From the human T2T-CHM13v2.0 reference genome, Homo sapiens: a DNA stretch of 64,000 bases. The stretch lies in assembly GCF_009914755.1 (NCBI RefSeq), contig NC_060939.1. The stretch is one strand, 5' to 3'. The position numbers and the translations under genes were made by a program. The notes below the pieces were generated by a model, which saw only the letters and a list, made by a program, of their open reading frames with translations, made no database searches and was not told where the DNA came from. How positions within the stretch are numbered: position 1 is the stretch's first letter; each line of letters opens with the position of its first letter. Below are positions 56,091 through 64,000 of this stretch, piece after piece.

Positions 56091-57472
56091 ATGGTCCCAT
56101 ATTGGCCAGTGTGAGCCTTCAAGCCAGCTCAGGAGTCTTTTTGATATGATCGTAATAGTCTGTGATTGCTTCCTTGCTTCTGGTAGTTTGAAAAGATATT
56201 TCAGGCTCACTCTGTACATATCTGTTCCAGACTTGGAGCCTTAAAGAAACCCTGACTCTTTTTAATGGGAAATGGTATTTAGAGACACAATTTGGGACTA
56301 GAAGTGGTTATTTCTATGGGGTTTATCATTGTTTCAAGGTGTTTTACGTTGACAGAATATATATAAAATACGTTATGAATTTATGATGGTAATTCCAATT
56401 CAAAGTCAAAACTATAGCTTTCTTACTTAACTCCAACAAAATGTTACATCTGTATCTCTTTTGATCTTGTTGAAAATCTCAGTTCTCATTGATACTGACT
56501 TAACTACCCATTTGACTTATCCCTTAATACACAAGCCACAGTCTGTGTTTGACAGAATGAAAACATCACTACTAACCACAATATCATTACTAGAAACAGG
56601 TTAGGTATTTTTTTCTATTCTTTTTGTCCTTAGGATATATCCCATTAAGGATGTGTAAGGATACATAGATTGCTGTATTAGAATGTCAGTTACTGGTTTT
56701 TAAAGTCACTTGGAAAAATTCGTTTCTGTCAGGTTAGCCACAAACTGGATATGCTGTGAGAGTTCCTTGTTTCATTTAGTTTTCAGTTTTAGTAACAGCA
56801 TTAACCCAATTAATTTGTTTTATAATTATATAAATTATTTATTGGTTCCAAAGTATAATCTATAAAACAAGATATATTTCAAGAAGTCTAGCTCTTGTCC
56901 TGTTTTCTCTGCCCTATTCCTTTTCTTCTCCCATAAGAATTCTAAAGATTTTTAAATCATTCTATTGTTTTTAATACATATAAATGCATATGCATATAAT
57001 ATATACAAATATATTTAATATATATGTAGCTCTCTTTTCTTAGATAAATGGTAGAATATTTTACATCTTTTTAGCTGTATTTTCTTTTCTCAGTAAACAC
57101 AATATTCTCAAGATCACTAAACAATGGTATGTGGAGAAATTTCTCATTCCTTGTTTCTTTTTCAATTACATGGAACCTCATTGTATGATTGTATCATAGT
57201 GTATTCAACTAGTCCCTTATTGGTGAACTTTTGGATTGTTTCTGGTCTTTTACTATTACAAATAGTGCTATAATTAATAGCATTGTGCTTGCATCTTTTC
57301 ATATTTCTGCCAGTGTATCTTTAAGATTTATTCCTACAAGTTTAATTTCTGGGTCAAAGGGTAACTACATATGTAATTTGGTTAGACATTACCAAATTCC
57401 CTTTCATAGTGGTTATAAAAATTTGCATTCCTACCAGCGATGAATGAGAACATGTTTTTCCACATACTTATC

Positions 57473-58012
57473 TGTGATGGTTAATTTTACGTGTCAATTT
57501 GACTGGGTCATAGGAATGCCCAGATATTTGCTTAAACTTTTTTCTGGGTATGTCTTTGAGGGTGTTTCTGGATGAGATTAACATTTGAGAGCACTGAATC
57601 CTAACCACTAGACCACGAGGGAGACGAGGGAGAGATTAATATTTGAGTCAGTAGTTTGAGTAAAGAATTCACTGAAGTAATTGCGTTCACTGAAGGCCTG
57701 AATAGAACAAAAAGGCTCAATAAGATAATTCTCTCCCTCTGCCTTTCTTCAAGATGGGATATTGGTCTTCTCCTGCCTTCAGTCTCAGACTCAAACTCAG
57801 GCTGGACCTTATACCACTGATTTTTCAGATTCTCAGGCCCTTGGACTTGGACTAGAAGTATACCATTGGCTCTCCTGGGTCTCCAGCTTGCCCCCTGCAG
57901 ATCTTGGGGGACTTTTAGCCTCCATGATCATGTAAACCAATTCCTTATAAATCTATTTTCTCTTTCTCTATATATATGTTCAATTGGTTCTGTTTCTCTG
58001 GAGTACCCTGAC
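57473..58012 (+). mobile_element. MLT2C/D-like ERVL solo LTR
   Basis: tgtgatggttaattttacgtgtcaatttgactggg...ttggttctgtttctctggagtaccctgac. Confidence 0.82.
57586..57622 (-). pseudogene. tRNA-Glu(CTC) 5'-half retrocopy (tailless retropseudogene)
   Basis: Reverse complement TCCCTCGTGGTCTAGTGGTTAGGATTCAGTGCTCTCA matches 34/37 nt of recalled tRNA-Glu-CTC nt 1-37; 16-bp TSD gagattaa(c/t)atttgag. Confidence 0.88.
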
Positions 58013-58645
58013 AAAATCCAACATGAATTTTTGCCAATCCCATGTGTGAAATGTTATCTCAGAGTGTTTTAATTTGCATTTCTCTTATGAGAGAGGTTGA
58101 ACATCTTTTCATATGGTTAAGAGCCATTTGCATTTATTTTTCTGATGGATTGTCCTTATCTCTAGCCTATTTTTCTACAAGTTTTTTCTTTTGTCTATTT
58201 TTAGAAATTCTTTACATATTTGTAATGTTAAATAAAAGATGCACATTTTTTTCTGGTTGTCTTTTTACTTTGCTTGTGGCACTCTTTTTGGTCATAAAAA
58301 ATTTGATGTAATAAAATTTATCTTTTTCCTTATGATTTCTAGATTTTGAATCATGATTAGGACATATTTTCCAACTATTGAGCTATAAAGACTAATTTGT
58401 ATTAGTTCATTTAAAAATATTTAAATCTCTGACCCATTTGGAAAATATCCTGGTGTATGATATAACAAATGAAACTAATGTTATCTTTTCATGTAGCTAT
58501 CTAGATATCCCAATGTAAATTAGAAATGCCATCTTTTTGCCACTAATTTGAGATGCTGCCTTTTTCATACTCTAAATTTCCATTTGCAATTGAACCAACT
58601 TCTGTATTTCTATTCTGTTCCATTGTTTATTTTATTATACATGTG

Positions 58646-59507
58646 TGTAGAAAAACACAAACTCAAAGTGCTTTTTCTTGTCTCTCACTCAACAACAATC
58701 AACACAGAGACCGCTATAACCAGCTGTGTGTAGGGTATTTCCTTGCTGGCCAAGCAAGCAATCGATTCTGCAGCAAATATCAGCTGGATGTCCTCTAATT
58801 CAGTTCAATTTTGACATTATGTACCTGGAGATAGTATCAGATCCCACAGGTTGAGGGTTCAGTCTCCAAAATTGGCCCCCACCTTCAGATGCCAAAAACA
58901 ACAAGATCCATGTTGTTTTTACCTGTGCTTCTTATTGACTGGCTACAAATTTGGTCCCATACCACAACTCCCTCCTTGAGTTCAATTAATGTGCTAGAGC
59001 AGCTCACAGAACTCAGGGAAAAACTTAATATCTACCAGTGTATTATAAAGGATACCAGTGTCATGAAGGATACAGATGAAGAGATGCATAGGGCAAGGCA
59101 TGTGAGAAGGGGCGCGGAGCTTCCATGCTCTCCCTGGGTGCACCACCCTCCAGGAACCTCCACGTGTTCACCTATGGAAGCTCTCTAAAACCATCCTTTT
59201 CAGTTTTTATGGAGGCTTCATTACAGAGGCATGATTGATTAAACCATTGGCCATTGGTGATCAACTTAACCTTCAGCCCCTCTCCCCTCCCAGGAGGTCG
59301 TGGGGTGGGGCAGCAAGTCCCAACTCTCTAATCCTGCCTTGGTCTTTCTGGTCATCACCCCTTGTTCTGAAGCAACTTAGGGGCTGCCAGCCACCAGTCA
59401 ATCATTATTAGCATACAAAAAGACATCACTTGGGAGATTTCAAGGATTTTAGGAGTTGTGTGCCTGGAAACGGGTCAAAAACCAAATACATATCTCACAT
59501 TATCACA
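58646..59507 (-). mobile_element. MER21C/B-like LTR
   Basis: cagctggatgtcctctaattcagttcaattttgac...gagcagctcacagaactcagggaaa...ggcgcggagcttccatgc...cattatcaca. Confidence 0.82.
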
Positions 59508-60461
59508 TATGTTAACATCATGCTGTTTTAATTAAATATATTTTAACATTTGCTAGGGCCAATAACCCTCATTGTGTCTTCTGTTTAAGTGTTTTCTTAG
59601 CTCAAGAAGCTTTTCTTCTTCACAATGAAACTTACTATCAATTTATGTAGCTCCAGAAGAAAGCCTGCTGGTATTTTAGGAGTATTACATTAAATTTATA
59701 AATTACCTTGGGAAAAATTGCCATCTTTATTATATTCTTCTTACCCAAGGACATGATCTGTTTTACCTTTCTTTTTTTTTTAAGGTCCACTTGGAGTCTT
59801 TCAGGAATATTGTTTTTCTCATGTAGATTTTGGATATTTATTAAGTTTATGCCTAGGTATTTTATTTTCTTTGTGGTATCATAGATGGAATAGTCTCTCC
59901 CATTAACTTTTTAAACTGGTTTGGTTTGTGTATATGAATGCTATAGATTTTTATATGTTGATTTTATAATTTGCTGTTTTACAAAATTTTCTTCTCATCT
60001 GTAGCACCTTTTCCATTTGGGTTTTGGAAATCTGTGATATTGTCTGCAAATAGAAATAATTTATAGTTTTTGCAGTGAAATCCATAAATGACATTAGTAT
60101 ATGGTTTTTTGGTTTAATCTCAGTGAGGTTTTGAGATTAATGTTATACCTGGTTCACAAATTGAAGTTGGAATTTGTCATTTTATATTATATTGGATTGC
60201 CTAACTTTAAACAATGGATTATCTAATTTAAAAATATTTGATAGAATTCCCAAGTGAAATCATTTGGACCTGATGGTTTTTATGGTGTTTTTATGTAATC
60301 TTTTTACTTTAAATTTTCCAAACACTGGTTTATTAGAATTGTCTGTATAGGGATCAATCCTGATAACTTTTTCTAGAAATATGTCATTTCATCTAGGTTT
60401 TCAAAGTTATTTTCATAGAATTAGGGCAAAGTAACTTCTCATGATTTTTAAATTTTCCTTT

Positions 60462-61003
60462 TGTAACTGAGTACCCTATTTTTAAAGTTTTTTTTGTGTG
60501 TGTTCACTTTATCACTAGGCACCCCCTCACATTGCTAGTGCATCTAATTCTATGTTTTTTTACGCAAAAGTGCTTTTTCTTGTCTCTCACTCAACATCTC
60601 ACTTTTACACAAAAGTTCCAGAGACTAAATCTTGAAACAATTCAGGCACCTGTGGAAATCTCCCTGACCAGGAGATTGCTTCAAGGATACAGTTAATTTA
60701 CAACCCAACCAAGCCTGAGATAATGCCACCCCATTCACCAGAGGGGTCAATAACTCAAGACGAGTCATCGGAACAAGTCACGTAGACCTGCACTGCGTCG
60801 CCCCCTGTGTGTCCTCCATGCCAAGGCTTCCCCTTCTTTAGCCCTTGCATTTTGCTTGGAAATTTGAAATGGTTCCATTAAGGCAAGAGCCTGGACTGTT
60901 TTCCCCACTGCTAGCTTTGGTTTATAATAAAGTCACTCTCCTTCTACCATATCTCAATCTTGCTAATTGGTTTTGCAACCGGCTGAACCTGCATTCGGTA
61001 ACA
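60462..61003 (+). mobile_element. ERV1 solo LTR (MER66-like)
   Basis: TG...CA termini (tgtaactgagtacccta...cattcggtaaca), AATAAA near the 3' end; subfamily uncertain. Confidence 0.65.
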
Positions 61004-61591
61004 CACTGTTTTATATTTATTTTTGTACATTTGTGCTTTCTTTTTTTACTTAATTAAGTTAGCAAATTGCTATATGTTGTTGATTTTTTTAAGAAGTTGA
61101 CTTGGATTAAAAAACTTATTTGTACTGCCTTTCTGTTTTCTAACTCATTAACATTTAAAAATGTTTATTAATTTATCTCTTAAATTTCTTCCCTGTGTTT
61201 TCTTTTTATTATTTTTTATCTTTTTGAGTTAGGTATTTTTATTTTTTTAAATTATAATTTTTATTGCAATTCTCTTCTTCTAGCTATTTTATTTAATGCT
61301 ATACATTTTCTACCAATAACTGCATTAGCTATATCTCATAAATTCTGATATGTTTTCACCATAATAGTTATTAAGACATTTTGAAATTTCATTTTATACT
61401 TCCTCTTTGAATGAAGAGTTCTTTTATAAAATATAAAAATTTCCAGAAAGAAGGGCTTTTTTGCTTTTCCTAGTATTACTTTCTAGTTTTATTGCATTAT
61501 GGATAAAGAATTTGCTTTATATTTGCTATGTCCTTTGAAATGTACTGGTCAATGTTCATGAATGCTCTATGTTGGCATTTAAAAAGGTGTA

Positions 61592-61900
61592 GGCTGGATG
61601 TGAGATGGCTCATGCCTATAGTGTCAGCACTTTGGGAGGCTAAGGCAGGAGGGTTACTTGAGGCCTGGAGTTGAGACCAGCATAGGCAACATAGTGAGAC
61701 TGTGTCTGAAAAAAAATAAAAAATTAGCCAGGTGTCTTTGTATGCATTTATAGTCCCAGATACTTGGGAGGCTGAGGTGGGAGGATCACCTGAGCACAGA
61801 AGGTTGAGGCTGTAGTAACCCATGATGGCACCATTGCACTCCAGCCTGGGTGACAGAGTGAAACACTGTTCTTAAAAAATAAATAAATAAAAAGAAAAAG
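61592..61900 (+). mobile_element. AluJ
   Basis: Full Alu; TSD aaggtgta. Confidence 0.9.
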
Positions 61901-62709
61901 AAGGTGTATTCTCTAGCGTCAGGGTCGAGTTGGATGTATATCTAAGTTTTGCTGCTTAATCTTGGATTGAGCGAAATGTGTTAAGTTCTTCTGTTCTTAG
62001 TACACATATGTCTAGTTCTTCTTGCATGTCCTCTAAATTTTACATAAGTTGATGCTGTGTCTTGGGTGCATAAATATTAATAACTAATATTTCTTCATTG
62101 CAAATTGTATTCTTTAGCACTTGTGTCCTTCTTTGTCTCTTCTAATGATTTTGGTCTGAATTTTATCTTGTCCTTTATTTAGATTCTGACCTCTTTTTTT
62201 AAAAAATTTGCATTTGCTGGATATATATTTGTCTAAATGGTTATTTTAACATTTATAAATCTGTTATTCCTTCTGTACGATATGGTAATGAATTTTGCTT
62301 GGCTAGCTGAAAATCATTTTGTTTTAAGTTAAGACCATTTGAGTACACTGACATTATTGATAGGTTGACCTCAAAAATTTTGTCATCTTGTTTTATATTG
62401 GAAGTATATCTTATAGAAATAATATTTGCCTTTATGGCTTATTTTATTTCATCCTTTTTTTTTTTATCAGGGAGGGTATATCTTTTGAATGTAGGCAAAT
62501 TTATATTTTGGTTCTGATTGTTACCTTTATACCAATTCTAAAACTTTTACTCCTAATCTCCTGTTTTTCATGCTCTTGTCTACTGATCCCCCTTTCCCCA
62601 TGAGTGATATTGAAGTTTACCTAGTAACTTCTTCTTTCTCCATGTCTTCTCCAAATCTAATTTGCAATAATATCCTTATACTCCCCGTTAAAACCTACAA
62701 GGAAGATTT

Positions 62710-62930
62710 TCTTTTTTAAAATTGATATATGTAATTATATATATTTTGGGGATATATGTGATACTTTGATACATGTATGCAATGTGTAATGATCAAATCA
62801 GGACAATTAGGGTATTCATCACCTCAAACATTTGTCTTTTCTTTTTGTGTTGAGGACATTGCAATTCTTTTCTTCTGGCTATTTTCAAATATATGATAAA
62901 TTGTTATTAACTATAATTTCTCTGCTGTAC
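62710..62930 (-). mobile_element. L1MA-class 3' end fragment
   Basis: tttgatacatgtatgcaatgtgtaatgatcaaatcagg...catcacctcaaacatt. Confidence 0.75.
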
Positions 62931-63884
62931 TCTCCAAGGCAGTTTTCAAGCTTATTGAACTTCTTATGTACTTTCTCCATTCTTATCCCATTTTTGATAA
63001 TTGTGCTCTATTTATATTGTCAGGACATAAAGCCGTTCGTACTATTCTTTCTTGCTAAGAACCATCATTTAGTCTTAATTCTACAGGAAACCATGTCTTT
63101 CATGCTTATCAGCAGTCTTTGTGCTGATACTTCTCCAGTCATTTTGGTCTTTTGAAGTACATTCTCTAGTGGATTCCTCAGGAAGGATTCATAAGAACAA
63201 CATTGCCTGAGTTTTTTGCATTTTCATAATAGTGTGTCTGCCTTTATATTTGAAGATCAGTTTGTTTGCTATAAAATCCTTGCTTCATAGTTTATTTCCT
63301 TGAGTATTTTAAAGATGTTGCTTCATGGTCCTCTAGCAAAAAGGGTTGTGTCCAAAATCTAATGGCAATCTAATTTTCTTTCTCTTATAAATGACTTGGT
63401 CTTTTTGCCAATGTCTTTTAAGATTTTTTTTTCTTTTACTTTGAAGTCAGTAGTTTCACTAGAATATTGGCTGTTTTAGGTTGATTTTCCCAGATATAAA
63501 ATATACCTTTCACTATAAAGTTTCAAGTCTGTTTTATTTCAGGAAAGTTTTCTTACTTTAAATATGTTTGTATTTGTTTTATTCTATTGGTTTGATTTTC
63601 ATCTTCAGGATTTTTATTCCACACATATTGGGTCTTCTTCATTTGTCTTTGATTTTAACACTTTTCTTCTTACAGGTGGTGTTCATTCATATTTGGGTTC
63701 TATGGTCGTCTGAAATATGGCTAGAAAGAGGCATGAGGAAACATTTTAAGGTGACAAAATTGTTCTATACCTTGGCTGCTAGTAGCTACAAACTTGTATA
63801 TAACTACCAAAAGTGATCAAACTACACAATTATAATGGATTTGTTTTATTGTATGCAAATTATACTTTAATAAAACTGAGAAAA

Positions 63885-64000
63885 ATAGACAAAAATTCTT
63901 TGACACTCCTCCACCAAGAAGTGGAGTCTATGTTTCCTCCCTTTAAATCTGGATGGGTCTGTGACTGCTTCGACTAATAGACTACAGTGCAAATGATGCT
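63885..64000 (+). mobile_element. MLT1F/G-like LTR start (cut by window end)
   Basis: aaattctttgacactcctcc...aagtggagtctatgtttcctccc...gtgactgcttcgactaataga. Confidence 0.65.

Larger units (their letters stand above)
56095..63670 (-). mobile_element. Highly degraded old L1 (L1ME/MC-class) fragments with nested LTRs and an Alu
   Basis: T-rich antisense L1 motifs throughout (ctgggtcaaagggta, ttttaatttgcatttctc, tcatctaggttttcaaa). Confidence 0.65.

Overview
This is primate (human-like) nuclear DNA, not prokaryotic, and is dominated by interspersed repeats. They include about 20 Alus (J and S types), nested old L1M/L1ME fragments and two young L1PA 3' pieces. There are also many MaLR, ERVL and ERV1 solo LTRs, L2, MIR and L3 relics, and Tigger3 and Charlie DNA transposons. 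No intact protein-coding gene is supported; nearly all listed ORFs are chance or repeat-derived frames. The one clearly recognisable gene relic is a near full-length NPM1 processed pseudogene (minus strand, about 36.36-37.65 kb). Most notable observations: (1) a tailless retrocopy of the 5' half of tRNA-Glu(CTC), ending in the anticodon loop and flanked by a 16-bp TSD (57.6 kb); (2) a twin-primed L1PA 3' transduction inside one 17-bp TSD (32.7-33.3 kb); (3) three template-switch scars, namely an inverted duplicated Alu arm (52.5 kb), an AT-rich inverted-repeat patchwork replacing part of an Alu arm (35.7 kb) and a 30-bp templated insertion copied from 1.9 kb away (60.6 kb); (4) about 10 non-repeat islands on the + strand (1.9-40 kb) with splice-site-like borders and decayed coding-like frames, which may be the exons of a lost multi-exon gene. 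Point 4 is inference only; I do not recognise the protein. Repeat subfamily names come from recalled consensus motifs and need RepeatMasker/Dfam confirmation.
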